Assembly (NCBI GenBank): GCA_035299385.1
Contig: DATGWQ010000075.1
Span: forward strand, 11,633-75,632
DNA from: Bacteroidales bacterium
Lineage (GTDB): Bacteria > Bacteroidota > Bacteroidia > Bacteroidales > VadinHA17
Direction of reading: 5' to 3'
DNA length: 64,000 nucleotides
Part shown: positions 54,919 to 64,000 of the stretch, in pieces
Layout: each line of letters opens with the position of its first letter
How positions within the stretch are numbered: the stretch's first letter is position 1
Program-made: the position numbers and the translations under genes
Notes under the pieces: generated by a model
The model's input: the letters and a program-made list of their open reading frames with translations, nothing else
The model's database searches: none
Told to the model about the DNA's origin: nothing

Positions 54919-55500
54919 TCACATCATACGTGAGGCGTATTGTCTTCCTGCGTCGAGGGCTTTAATATTTATCGAGACCACCTCCTCCCCTTTTCTCTCA
55001 AAAAGCTTTTTAACAGCATTCTCCAGGGTTGAAAAGGGCACACTGATGAAGTGCGACCCGGCTCCAAGCATCACTATATTCCCTGCGCGTGCCGAGCCTG
55101 CTTCCTTTGCGACAAGGTCAGCATCTATGATGATGTGATTCCTGACTTTCCTTATTTCTTTCAGAATGTCTTCGACAGGAGGATAATCAGGGATATTTAT
55201 GAACGGGGCTGAATTCGTGACTATCCATCCTTTATGCGACAGCCAGGGAAGATACCTGAGGGATTCCATCGGTTCGACTGAAAGGATAAGGTCAGCAGAT
55301 CCATCAGGGATGAGATCAGATGCCACAGGCTGATCAGAGAGCCGCAGATGAGACTGGACATCTCCCCCTCTCTGGCTCATTCCATGCACTTCGGATTGCT
55401 TGAGATAAAGATTGTTTTCAATTGCAGCAAGCCCGATTGCAGCCGCAATTGACAATATACCCTGACCGCCGACGCCTGATAAGATAATATCGTTTTTCAT
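54919..55500 (-). CDS. iorB: Indolepyruvate:ferredoxin oxidoreductase beta subunit
   Basis: The ORF opens at 55584 inside iorA. The start MKNDIILSGVGGQGILS at 55500 (8 nt after the iorA stop) is preferred. GVGGQGI and EVHGMSQRGG are POR-gamma/IorB motifs. Confidence 0.85.
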   Translation of the reverse strand: MKNDIILSGVGGQGILSIAAAIGLAAIENNLYLKQSEVHGMSQRGGDVQSHLRLSDQPVASDLIPDGSADLILSVEPMESLRYLPWLSHKGWIVTNSAPFINIPDYPPVEDILKEIRKVRNHIIIDADLVAKEAGSARAGNIVMLGAGSHFISVPFSTLENAVKKLFERKGEEVVSINIKALDAGRQYASRMM

Positions 55501-55507
55501 AATGACT

Positions 55508-57106
55508 TTATTCTGCATTTTCTGATTTCCTGCGTCTGGAAGCAGTCTGGATGCACTCCCTCGAGGCAATAATGACGGAAACACCTTTGTGCTCGAATTC
55601 CTCCTTCATGATACGTATGTTTTCTTCATGGTTTTTACGTAAGGGGGACATAAGTCTTATATGCCCGGGCAGCACTCCTATACCGGAACAGATGTTCTCC
55701 AGCTTTCCGGTCGCCTTTGATCTCTGACCACCTGTCATGCCTGTCGTTGAATTGTCGGAGATAATGACTGTAACATGCGAATTTTTAGTAACAGCATCGA
55801 GCAGGCCTGTCATTCCGGAGTGTGTGAAAGTGGAGTCGCCGATTACTGCAACAGCAGGAAACACACCGGCATCGGCTGCACCGATTGCCATTGTCACCGA
55901 CGCGCCCATATCGACGCATGAGTTTATGGAGCTGTACGGAGGCAAAGCGCCAAGAGTATAACAACCAATATCTGAAAATATTTTTCCCGGTCCATAAGGC
56001 TTCATTGCTTCGATGAGCGCATTGAACATATCTGCATGTCCGCAGCCTTTACAGAATGAAGGGGGACGCATTTTAACAACCGAAGGCACAGGATATCCAT
56101 GATGGACCTCCATTCCGAGGGCTTTTGCGACAATCGAGGGGTTAAGCTCCCCGTCCCTCGGCAATGTTCCGTCCATCCTGCCATAGATCTTCGGACCACA
56201 GTCAAGGTGGCCTCTGAGCATTTCCTCGATTACGGGAGCTCCTTCTTCAAGGACAAGAATTTCCCTGCATCTTGAAACGAGATCTTTTATTGAATCATCA
56301 GCAAACGGGTAAGCCGATATCTTGAGGACAGGAATTTTGCTGTCTGAACCTATATTCTCGATAAGGTAATTATATGCTATACCGCTCGCGATAATGCCAA
56401 GGTCACGGTTATCTGAATCACGGAAGTTGTTGTATTTCGAAATCCTTACGTCGTATCTCACCTTTTCATATACAGAAAGCAGGTTCCGGTATCTTCTGCG
56501 TGCAATAGCCGGGAGAAGGACAAAACGCAGGGGATCGGCAGGCAATGAAATTTTCTTTTGTGGAACAGGTTCACCGATTTCCACATTTGCCCTCGAATGC
56601 GCCAGCCTGGTTGTGATCCTGAAAAGAACAGGTATTTCATATTTTTCCGACAGCTCAAAAGCATCAGAAATCATGTCATAGGCCTCCTGCTGGTTTGAAG
56701 GCTCAAAGCAAGGCACACATGCAAATTTTCCGTAGAAACGTGAATCCTGCTCATTTTGTGATGAGTGCATTGAAGGATCGTCCGCAGAAACTACGACAAG
56801 ACCTCCGTTTACCCCGGTCATGGCAGCATTCACAAAGCCATCGGCTGCGACATTGAGGCCGACATGCTTCATTGCGACCATCGCCCGCTTGCCTGCATAT
56901 GACATGCCAAGCGCCGCCTCCATTGCCGTCTTCTCGTTGGCTGACCATTCACGGTGCACATTTCTTTCAGCTGCAAGAGGTGATCCCTGAATGTATTCCA
57001 TTATTTCAGTGGAGGGAGTACCCGGATATGCATACATTCCGCTAAGTCCTGCATCGAGGGCAGCCTGTGCAATTGCTTCATCACCCAGCAATAATAACCG
57101 CTTCAT
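55508..57106 (-). CDS. iorA: Indolepyruvate:ferredoxin oxidoreductase alpha subunit
   Basis: 532-aa ORF. LLGDEAIAQAALDAG..YPGTPSTEI. TPP motif GDSTFTHSG..N. Cys motif FCKGCGH..GCY. Confidence 0.85.
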   Translation of the reverse strand: MKRLLLLGDEAIAQAALDAGLSGMYAYPGTPSTEIMEYIQGSPLAAERNVHREWSANEKTAMEAALGMSYAGKRAMVAMKHVGLNVAADGFVNAAMTGVNGGLVVVSADDPSMHSSQNEQDSRFYGKFACVPCFEPSNQQEAYDMISDAFELSEKYEIPVLFRITTRLAHSRANVEIGEPVPQKKISLPADPLRFVLLPAIARRRYRNLLSVYEKVRYDVRISKYNNFRDSDNRDLGIIASGIAYNYLIENIGSDSKIPVLKISAYPFADDSIKDLVSRCREILVLEEGAPVIEEMLRGHLDCGPKIYGRMDGTLPRDGELNPSIVAKALGMEVHHGYPVPSVVKMRPPSFCKGCGHADMFNALIEAMKPYGPGKIFSDIGCYTLGALPPYSSINSCVDMGASVTMAIGAADAGVFPAVAVIGDSTFTHSGMTGLLDAVTKNSHVTVIISDNSTTGMTGGQRSKATGKLENICSGIGVLPGHIRLMSPLRKNHEENIRIMKEEFEHKGVSVIIASRECIQTASRRRKSENAE

Positions 57107-57296
57107 CTTGAATTTTTAAGTGAACAAAAATAAGATTATTAATGCCAAATTAAAATGACACTTCGCATCATCCGCTAACCAAACCACAGCAGGTGCTTTC
57201 CTGTTTCACAGTATTAAAATATAGTTAAATGTTTTACCGTTACGGTCAATATTGCTTACTTTGCATTGTGTTCCTGATAAATGAGAGAGTGGACTT

Positions 57297-57980
57297 TTGA
57301 ACAGGTTTTTATATATAGTTGTTTTCCTCAGTCTCAGCATGACCGACATTTTTGGCCAGGAGCGGGACGAGAGGTATATTCAGGTCAGCGGCATCATAAC
57401 GGATGTCTATCACAGGCCTGTGGCAGGTGTTTCCATTGTTTCAAAAAAACTCAGGCGGGCAACGGCAAGCGAGCCAACCGGAATCTACTCCATAACAAGC
57501 ACACCCGGTGACACAATATTCTTCAGGGCCCTTGGTTATAAGAGATATCATACAGTGATCCCGCAGGATTACACGGAAAGACATGCAAATGCAGACATTA
57601 TGCTGGAACAGGATACCATTGCAATAGGAGAAGTCAGCATTCTTCCGTGGAAAACCTACAGCGAATTCCTGAGGGATGTGACTAAAGAAAGGCCTGTGGA
57701 TCCCAAGATCGAAAACATGAATGAAAATATAGCTTCAATTTATGTTGCAATTGCAAACCAGACAGGAGTCATTTCAAGTCCTGAAGCAGGTTTCAGGTAT
57801 TCCATGCAACAGAATTTCAATGCAACTGCAACAAGAGGACAGTACCCTGTAAACAATCTGCTTAATCCCTTTGCGTGGGCTAAATTTATAAATGGTCTTA
57901 AAACCGGTCTCCTTAAAAACCAGCAACCAATCAAGCCGGCCAAATACGCCAAGGTGAGAAAGAAGAAAAGTAAAGATTAG
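57297..57980 (+). CDS. CarboxypepD_reg-like domain protein
   Basis: 227-aa ORF with a TTG start that gives signal peptide NRFLYIVVFLSLS. VSGIITDVYHRPVAGVSIVSKK..TGIYSITSTPGDTIFFRALGYK is the carboxypeptidase-regulatory-like fold signature. Confidence 0.6.
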   Translation: MNRFLYIVVFLSLSMTDIFGQERDERYIQVSGIITDVYHRPVAGVSIVSKKLRRATASEPTGIYSITSTPGDTIFFRALGYKRYHTVIPQDYTERHANADIMLEQDTIAIGEVSILPWKTYSEFLRDVTKERPVDPKIENMNENIASIYVAIANQTGVISSPEAGFRYSMQQNFNATATRGQYPVNNLLNPFAWAKFINGLKTGLLKNQQPIKPAKYAKVRKKKSKD

Positions 57981-57992
57981 TTGTTTGCAGGG

Positions 57993-58751
57993 ATGAAAAA
58001 ATACGACAGCAGGCTGGTGGGAATTTTGGGGACAGTGATCATTCATCTAATTGCTGCAATCATTTTCATGCTCTTTAAGATCGGCTCACAGCAAAAGATC
58101 ATAAAAGAGCAATTTACCGTTGAGTTTGTTCCCCAGGAAGAGATATATACTCCCGAGAAAAAGGAACAGCCGATAAATCTCCCCACCACATCGGTCGAAA
58201 AAGTATTGAAAGGTGATAATGAGATGCTGAACATCGCCCGTAACCTGGCAAACAAGAGTAATCCCAAAGTGGACGCTCAGGAATATATCGACATGGTCAA
58301 AAATGAATTGATCAAAAGCGGCAAGCTTGGCGTCGATAATTTCATCGATGAGCAGAAAATGAAAGCTGAACAGGGAGACGAAGACATATCAACGGAAAAC
58401 CAGGTAAAGAAAGCAGATCCCCAGTCTGAAAAACCAAGTGCATCACAGGAGCTTGCAGCCAACTACAAAGGGCCGACAAGGATCTATTATGATCTGCAGG
58501 GGAGAAATCACACATACCTTCCTATACCTATTTATATGTGCCAGGGTTCAGGTAAGATCACACTTGCAATCGCAGTCAATCAGAAAGGAGATGTTGAGAG
58601 TGCAAAGGTGATTTCATCTGAAAGCACTACAAGCGATCCCTGCCTGGTTGAGACAGCAGTCAACACAGCATTGATGTCGAGGTTCAACTATGATGAAAAA
58701 GCCCCTAAATCTCAATCAGGAACACTGACGTATCATTTTGTGGCACAGTAG
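57993..58751 (+). CDS. TonB-C-terminal-like membrane-anchored protein
   Basis: The ATG at 57993 (MKKYDSRL) is preferred to the TTG at 57981. N-terminal TM helix, charged linker, C-terminal GSGKITLAIAVNQKGDVESAKVISSES..AVNTALMSRF resembling TonB_C. Confidence 0.5.
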   Translation: MKKYDSRLVGILGTVIIHLIAAIIFMLFKIGSQQKIIKEQFTVEFVPQEEIYTPEKKEQPINLPTTSVEKVLKGDNEMLNIARNLANKSNPKVDAQEYIDMVKNELIKSGKLGVDNFIDEQKMKAEQGDEDISTENQVKKADPQSEKPSASQELAANYKGPTRIYYDLQGRNHTYLPIPIYMCQGSGKITLAIAVNQKGDVESAKVISSESTTSDPCLVETAVNTALMSRFNYDEKAPKSQSGTLTYHFVAQ

Positions 58752-58957
58752 GAACACAAACTCACCCACCGCCCACTATCAAATCTCATGAACTCACCCC
58801 CAACCCCCTCTCTGCAAAGCAAAGAGGGGGCTAGTTTCACAAGGAACTAGATTCTTTAGTTTGCGAAGTGCATTACATCTCAATTACATTGGACACCCCC
58901 TCTCTAAAGCATTAGAGAGGGGGCCGGGGGGGTGAGTTCGTGTGAATTTGAGGGTGG
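58752..58957. repeat. About 200-nt composite element: two inverted about 60-nt copies, each with a CCCCCTCTCT/AGAGAGGGGG hairpin, flanking an AT-rich core
   Basis: Left: ..CAAATCTCATGAACTCACCCCCAACCCCCTCTCTgcaaagcaAAGAGGGGG. Right (reverse complement): ..CAAATTCACACGAACTCACCCCCCCGGCCCCCTCTCTaatgctttAGAGAGGGGG. The core contains gcattacatctcaattacatt. It fills the whole gap between convergent genes. Confidence 0.65.
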
Positions 58958-59683
58958 TCAGAACAGTGTATTCTGAATGTAATAATGAAAAGGCCGGATA
59001 ACTTCCGGGGTGTTGCGGTCGGCATTTTTGTCATTGACCAGGGGGCCTATCGTATGAGCCCTCAGTATTCCGTCAGCAAGTGGTTGTAAAAGCCTCATGG
59101 CATCTTCTGAAGATGTATCACCATCAAGCCATATTCGCCCGGATTCCCTGTCAAGGATGGCAGGCATCCTCTTCGTCGAGTTATGGATTTCGGAAAGCAG
59201 CGTGTTAGATTCGGTTGTTATTACGGTAAAGGTGTTAATGAGCTCGCCTGTAACATCAGAGGTCCAGTGGTCGTACAACCCTGCAAGTGACATTATCTCC
59301 TTATCGGGCAGATAAATGTACCAGGGGATTTTTTCCCTCGCCGCATGCTGCCACTCAAAAAAGCCTCTTACCGGGATAATGCATCTTTTGGTCCTGAATG
59401 AGCATGAAAAAGACGGCTTATCTTCGATGCTTTCGCATCTTGCATTGAATGTTTTTGATCTTATGTTTTCAGCATCCTTGGATGTGCGGGTGCGTGCAGG
59501 GATCAATCCCCATCTGAACAGGTTGATCCTGGAAGGATCCTCCGAACAGACTACCGGCAACTCGGGAATGGCAAAAGCATGGTAATAATAGCTTGGCCTG
59601 TACCTCTCGGGATCGATAAGAGTTGCGCCGAACCTGCTTTCGAGCTCCTCTTTTACCAGGTTGACATTTACAGAGAAACACAT
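58958..59683 (-). CDS. SOS-response-associated peptidase (SRAP/YedK, abasic-site DNA-protein crosslinking)
   Basis: 241-aa ORF. The N-terminal Met-Cys (MCFS) would supply the catalytic Cys2. ..WGLIP.., FFEW and KRMPAIL match the SRAP family. Confidence 0.8.
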   Translation of the reverse strand: MCFSVNVNLVKEELESRFGATLIDPERYRPSYYYHAFAIPELPVVCSEDPSRINLFRWGLIPARTRTSKDAENIRSKTFNARCESIEDKPSFSCSFRTKRCIIPVRGFFEWQHAAREKIPWYIYLPDKEIMSLAGLYDHWTSDVTGELINTFTVITTESNTLLSEIHNSTKRMPAILDRESGRIWLDGDTSSEDAMRLLQPLADGILRAHTIGPLVNDKNADRNTPEVIRPFHYYIQNTLF

Positions 59684-59685
59684 GA

Positions 59686-60996
59686 TCAGTTGGGATAAGC
59701 CTCAATACTTGTCTTGAGAGGGACGGGGAGCGAAAGGTTAAAAAGATCATAATCGGGCCACATGTCTATCTGCGCGATTACTTTTGACATCATGTTATTG
59801 ATTGATGAATATACTTCCGGACCATTCCATGCGCTCGAATTGCATAGCACAACCCAGGAATATCCGTCAGGCTGCCTTTTCAGCATTGCCGTTGTACCCG
59901 GGAAATAGCCGGTACGCCACCAGGTGCCATTGTCCACAGTGCTCTTCCATCCCACAGGGGCATAACCGTTTCCGCTGTCTGTCATAAACCTGATGCTTTC
60001 GGTACTGAGAATGTCTGGTCTTGTATCTTTGCCGTCAACCGCCAGCATAAGCCTCATCAGGTCAGGTGCTGTGGCAAGCCATGCGCCCGCAGCGCCAAGA
60101 GTTCTGATATCGTTTCCTCCATAGCTGGAGCGGCACATTACCGAATGATCATAAATCGATGGTTTCATGGGGGCATCGGACGGCTCGTAATACGTTACCT
60201 CCAGGGGAGCCTTCTCCGTCGGAAGGTTGCCTGCAATCTTCATGTCATATATGCCAAGTGGCTCGAATATTGCAGTCCTGATATAATCTTCGTAATTCAT
60301 TCCCGAGACTTTCTCGATAACCATCCCGAGGATGCTGTATCCCAGGTTGGAATATGACCGTCCTGCACCCGGGGTGAAATGCAGTCTCTTATCAAGTGCA
60401 AAGCGGATGATCGTCCTCAGGTCAACAGGGCCTGCGACGCCCATCTTTTCTGCAATAACTGTCGGCATGAACATCTGGTCGCCATATCTCGGGGTCCAGC
60501 CTCCTTCATGACTCAGAAGGTGGGCGACAGTTATATCATAGACGCGTTTATCTTTCGGATTGTCAAAGTATGGATCGTTCAAAATGCCGCCAGGGCCAAA
60601 TACTTTGTCGTCGAGTGAAAGTTTACCCTGTTCTTTCAGCTTCATAATACCTATAGCCGTAACCAGCTTGGAGACACTGGCGATACGGAATTTATTGAAT
60701 GGCTGTGTTTCTGCTTTTCCTGATGTATCTGCATACCCGAATCCATGTGCATAGACAAGCCTGCCGTCCTTGGCAATGGCAACCGATACGCCCTTTATCG
60801 ACCATTTGTGAAGAAATGTGCCGACATTTTTCTCGACGATTGCAAATTCAGTTCCCGACGATGAACTGTTTACAAGCCGTACATTGGCAGGCACGAGCTT
60901 ATCTGTCACAACAGCCAGATTTTCTCTTGCAACAGGATTAATACTCAGGACCAATCCAAGGACAGCTATAAGAATCAGTATTTTTTTCCTCCCCAT
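59686..60996 (-). CDS. Serine hydrolase, class C beta-lactamase/PBP-like family
   Basis: The ORF opens at 61050; the start MGRKKILILIAVL (60996) gives a signal peptide. SxxK (ASVSKLVT) and YxN (YSNLGY) motifs. Confidence 0.8.
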   Translation of the reverse strand: MGRKKILILIAVLGLVLSINPVARENLAVVTDKLVPANVRLVNSSSSGTEFAIVEKNVGTFLHKWSIKGVSVAIAKDGRLVYAHGFGYADTSGKAETQPFNKFRIASVSKLVTAIGIMKLKEQGKLSLDDKVFGPGGILNDPYFDNPKDKRVYDITVAHLLSHEGGWTPRYGDQMFMPTVIAEKMGVAGPVDLRTIIRFALDKRLHFTPGAGRSYSNLGYSILGMVIEKVSGMNYEDYIRTAIFEPLGIYDMKIAGNLPTEKAPLEVTYYEPSDAPMKPSIYDHSVMCRSSYGGNDIRTLGAAGAWLATAPDLMRLMLAVDGKDTRPDILSTESIRFMTDSGNGYAPVGWKSTVDNGTWWRTGYFPGTTAMLKRQPDGYSWVVLCNSSAWNGPEVYSSINNMMSKVIAQIDMWPDYDLFNLSLPVPLKTSIEAYPN

Positions 60997-61256
60997 CAGC
61001 ATTTCTGATTCATTTGCAAATTTAACAAAAAAACATGAAAAAAGACTCATTTTTTAAGCAAACAACATCTCTGTTCATGTAACGTAACATAAAAGCTTAT
61101 ATTATTATAAAATAATTTAAAACAGGAAAATTGTCACAATTTAAACCAGATATTATGCCATTTTGTTGTATTTCAAAACGATAAAGATGTTAAAATTTTC
61201 CTAAAAAATAGTTTATCTCCTTTTTTTATTATGGCGAAAAATAAAAAGCAAAAAGA

Positions 61257-61264
61257 TAACTTTG
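61257..61264 (+). promoter_or_regulatory. Bacteroidota -7 promoter box candidate (TAACTTTG) only 4 nt upstream of the ankyrin-gene ATG
   Basis: Exact TAnnTTTG match at 61257-61264. The ATG is at 61269, which implies a leaderless or near-leaderless mRNA if the box is functional. Confidence 0.3.
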
Positions 61265-61268
61265 CAGG

Positions 61269-62702
61269 ATGTCACCAAAAAGACGAAAACTTCCTGAGCT
61301 GCTTATCCTGTTGTTCATACTCAACACTGGTGCATCTTTTGGCCAGGAACAATTGATCGACACATCCGAATATGTACCGTACATGTTCTCAGATGCGCTG
61401 GAATACAACCTCATGATTGCAGCCTCGAAGGGGTATGTTAAAGAAATAAACAAACTGGTTGCACGGGGCGCTGATGTAAATGCCGAGAACCAGAATGGCG
61501 TTACGCCGCTCATACTTGCAGTTGCAGAAAACAAAGCTGATGCTGTGGCTGCATTGCTTGCCCACGACCCTGATGTTGACAAATTCACGTCCCTTAACGA
61601 GACACCGCTCCTGATCGCAGTTAAAAACAATTTTTTTTCAATTGCAGAAATGCTTTTAAGGGCCGGGGCCGACATTAATCTTGCCGATATGTATGGAGCT
61701 GTTCCTCTTCATTATGCATCGCTTTACGGCCTCACGGGCATGGCTGACATGCTGATCTATTATGATGCAGATCTTAATGCCAGGACACAGGACGGATCAA
61801 CACCACTCATGGCTTCTGTATGGGCGGGAAGTTATCTTTCCTCAGAGCTGCTTATACACAATGGCGCCGGCATGGAAGAAAAAGACAACCAGGGCTTCAC
61901 TCCTTTCCTGCTGGCTTCATGGTTCGGAGATACGGCAACAATGGACCTTCTTTTCATGAACGGCGCCAATTTGTTTGCCAGCACCAACTCGGGACATAAT
62001 GCTATGACACTGGCTGTTATTTCCGGCCAAAGCGAAGCAGTCAGCTTTCTCCTGCGGCTCGATAAACGATGGGAAGGCAAAAAGGGAACAGCTTCCGATC
62101 CCTACCTGGTCGCATCCAAATACGGAAGAATGGATATCCTTGAGATGCTTCAGAAAAGTAACGTGCCCGGAAAGGTCAGGTATGAAGCAGACCAGTTCAC
62201 ATTATCTCTCTCGGAAAGATTTGGGTTTCATGATGCACTCACAGGAATCTCGCTTACCCTCAAGGAGCCTCTGTTTGGAGTCGGTATCGTTGCCGGTTGT
62301 GATTTCAAGCCATGGAGCACCAGGGTACTCATCAAAAACAATGATGATCAGTTCTTTCAGTATTTCGACAGGGGATCTGTCGCATACACAGGCTTATTCA
62401 GGGATTTTGAGATCAAAAAGTACCAGAACACATCCGCCTTTTACCTTTCAACATCCCTGCTTGCCGGGTATTCATTCGGCAACAATCTAAGGGGCACGAC
62501 ATTAACTCCGGAAAATAAATTCAAATTAATACCGTCTGTTTCGCTTAAGTTTAATTACGGGAGTTTTAACTTGTTTGCAGGAACTGAATACATAAAAACT
62601 CCGTTTTATAAGTCCGGACCTGTCTGGTTCCGCATTGGCACGGGTTATACCACCTTCTTCAGCAATATAAGGACAAAGGTCAAACTGCCAAAATGGTACT
62701 GA
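61269..62702 (+). CDS. Secreted ankyrin-repeat protein with C-terminal beta-rich (barrel-like) domain
   Basis: 477-aa ORF, signal peptide. About 7 ANK repeats (GADVNAENQNGVTPLILAV, GADINLADMYGAVPLHYAS, DADLNARTQDGSTPLMASV ..). The C-terminal about 170 aa are alternating-strand sequence ending ..KVKLPKWY. Confidence 0.75.
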   Translation: MSPKRRKLPELLILLFILNTGASFGQEQLIDTSEYVPYMFSDALEYNLMIAASKGYVKEINKLVARGADVNAENQNGVTPLILAVAENKADAVAALLAHDPDVDKFTSLNETPLLIAVKNNFFSIAEMLLRAGADINLADMYGAVPLHYASLYGLTGMADMLIYYDADLNARTQDGSTPLMASVWAGSYLSSELLIHNGAGMEEKDNQGFTPFLLASWFGDTATMDLLFMNGANLFASTNSGHNAMTLAVISGQSEAVSFLLRLDKRWEGKKGTASDPYLVASKYGRMDILEMLQKSNVPGKVRYEADQFTLSLSERFGFHDALTGISLTLKEPLFGVGIVAGCDFKPWSTRVLIKNNDDQFFQYFDRGSVAYTGLFRDFEIKKYQNTSAFYLSTSLLAGYSFGNNLRGTTLTPENKFKLIPSVSLKFNYGSFNLFAGTEYIKTPFYKSGPVWFRIGTGYTTFFSNIRTKVKLPKWY

Positions 62703-62703
62703 G

Positions 62704-63120
62704 ATGAAAAAACCTGTATTTATATTGTTGTTTTTTGCTGCAACGTTTGTCTTTTCATGCGAGAAGATGCCTGTGGTCAATTGTTCTGACTGCCTTGACA
62801 ATGAACCAATCGATGCCGAAATCACCGTGAAGCTGGATGACAGTGCAATGTCAGCTGATATTCTCGTATACGAAGGGGATATCGAGGACAACGTTGTTTT
62901 CAGATCGATAAATTACACCCAGCTCGGTGATGCGACGGTGAAAGTCCCAATCAATAAAAAATTCACTTTCGCCGCCACCTACCGTTATCAGTTCATGAGC
63001 GGAACATACACAGCAGTCGACAGTGCATTCCCGAGGGTAAAATATGATGAAAGCCAGTGCGAGAATCCCTGTTATTATGTATATGATAACAAGGTGAATC
63101 TCGTGATCAAGTATCATTGA
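62704..63120 (+). CDS. Hypothetical lipoprotein
   Basis: 138-aa ORF starting 2 nt after the ankyrin gene. Lipobox FVFSCEK. Beta-rich. Confidence 0.5.
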   Translation: MKKPVFILLFFAATFVFSCEKMPVVNCSDCLDNEPIDAEITVKLDDSAMSADILVYEGDIEDNVVFRSINYTQLGDATVKVPINKKFTFAATYRYQFMSGTYTAVDSAFPRVKYDESQCENPCYYVYDNKVNLVIKYH

Positions 63121-64000
63121 TCATGCTGAAGGATATCTGAACAAAGGAACTCCTTTCATTCCTCTCTCCTTTATTGCCTTTGTTTCTTCTGCAGTGAGAG
63201 GCTGCAGCCTGTCAGAAACCTTCAGAGCTATGCGGAACAATTCTTCCTCGCCGGGTGTCAGTGCCGCAGTTACTGGATGCGAAAGAGTGAATCTCAGGCC
63301 CATCCTTATGTCATCCCCGGAAGTAAGAGGCTCATACCAGCATTTTTTGTACTTTGACCTGTCCGCTCCTTCCTGCCATGGCCCTTTTGCCATTGCCTTA
63401 AGTGCAAGTATCCCCATGTTCTTCTGTTTCGCCCTCTCAAGGACCTGTGGTCCGAAATTTCCTGCATTCCAGGTGGTGAAGTTTACAGGGAAAAGGATTG
63501 TATCGAAATCAAACCTGTCCATAAGAGCCATCGCAGCTTCAACAGAATGTGCAGAGAATCCTATGAATTTAACTTTACCCTCATCCCTTGCTGCCCTGAA
63601 TGTTTCAATAGCTCCGCCCTGCCCGAAGATAGTATCCACATCCTTAAGCGTTGTTACAGCATGAAGCTGGTAAAGATCGAAGTGATCTGTCCTGAGGTTT
63701 TTCAATGACTTCTCAAGCTCATCCCTCGATTTATCTTTAGACCTCTCAGTCGTTTTGCAGGCCAGAAATACATTTTTCCTGTAGGGTTCCAACGCGGGTC
63801 CGAGCTTCAGTTCAGCATCACCGTATGATGGAGCTACGTCAAAATAATTTATTCCGTTATCGATAGCGAGCTTTACGAGTTCAGAAGCTTTGTCGGGTGT
63901 TGCATCTTTCACCAGTATGCCCCCGAAACCTATCATTGAAAGCATCTGTCCTGTTTTTCCAAGTGACCTCTTCTCAACAGATCCCGGGTTTGCAACCCTT
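63121..64000 (-). CDS. Aldo/keto reductase (5' end runs off the window)
   Basis: The frame stays open upstream of the Met at 63945 to the window edge (..VEKRSLGKTGQMLSMIGFGG, the typical AKR N-terminus). DVAPSYGDAE and LYQLH follow. Confidence 0.8.
   Translation of the reverse strand, partial: RVANPGSVEKRSLGKTGQMLSMIGFGGILVKDATPDKASELVKLAIDNGINYFDVAPSYGDAELKLGPALEPYRKNVFLACKTTERSKDKSRDELEKSLKNLRTDHFDLYQLHAVTTLKDVDTIFGQGGAIETFRAARDEGKVKFIGFSAHSVEAAMALMDRFDFDTILFPVNFTTWNAGNFGPQVLERAKQKNMGILALKAMAKGPWQEGADRSKYKKCWYEPLTSGDDIRMGLRFTLSHPVTAALTPGEEELFRIALKVSDRLQPLTAEETKAIKERGMKGVPLFRYPSA

Noticed and set aside
55501-55584. Long form of iorB starting at 55584 and overlapping iorA by 77 nt
   Set aside because: The extension (MFPSLLPRGSASRLLPDAGNQK..) has no IorB homology features. 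The Met at 55500 gives the conserved MKNDIILSGVGGQG N-terminus just after the iorA stop.
1-64000. Many other nested or antisense ORFs of 60-190 aa in the six-frame track (for example 460..711, 9546..9788, 13563..14030, 14225..14779, 17357..17866, 44214..44696, 51347..51925, 61229..61675)
   Set aside because: Each lies entirely inside, or antisense to, a longer ORF with clear family motifs. Their compositions are typical of off-frame translation. None shows a motif, signal peptide or its own intergenic space.
1-64000. tRNA, rRNA, riboswitch or prophage/integrative element content
   Set aside because: No cloverleaf-like or rRNA-like sequence was noticed in the non-coding gaps, which are all 418 nt or shorter. 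No integrase, transposase, capsid or terminase-like ORFs were seen. I cannot exclude small ncRNAs without covariance-model scans.

Overview
This 64 kb window looks like a Bacteroidota chromosome, probably from an anaerobe. Evidence for the phylum: many lipoprotein or signal-peptide N-termini, TAT-signal Gfo/Idh/MocA and GH109-like enzymes, an M49 DPP-III, TAnnTTTG-type promoter boxes and no obvious Shine-Dalgarno usage. About 50 protein genes are dense on both strands. I saw no rRNA, tRNA, CRISPR array, transposase or integrase. Main blocks: (1) two tandem about 1100-aa FG-GAP/ASPIC lipoprotein paralogs. (2) A minus-strand glycan or uronate catabolic block at 6.8-19.8 kb. It holds a PfkB-like kinase, NagB-like enzyme, TAT Gfo/Idh/MocA oxidoreductase, DUF1080, MFS transporter, Ldh_2 oxidoreductase, a heparinase-II/III-like lyase fused to a CE15-type esterase, and a second heparinase-II/III protein. 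(3) Housekeeping genes: radical SAM, class IV aminotransferase, DnaQ-GIY-YIG nuclease, DPP-III, AlkD-like, GGT, MurB, MltG, SSB, IorAB, M28 peptidase and others. (4) A six-gene Hyf/complex-I-like membrane module at 28.7-36.0 kb. Its catalytic subunits appear to have lost the NiFe and proximal FeS cysteine ligands. (5) The best candidate for an undescribed system: a tightly coupled three-gene cassette at 36.25-41.25 kb. It encodes a motif-less 360-aa protein, a STAND-like P-loop NTPase split by a TM helix from a coiled coil plus WD40 propeller, and a TPR-like/beta-barrel outer-membrane protein. Intergenic regions carry at least three families of short structured repeats: a GC-rich hairpin with a GGGGNGNGTT tail, CACAGAG/CTCTGTG multi-stem hairpins, and 7-8 nt period tandem arrays. 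All functional calls rest on motifs I recognised by eye; no searches were run.
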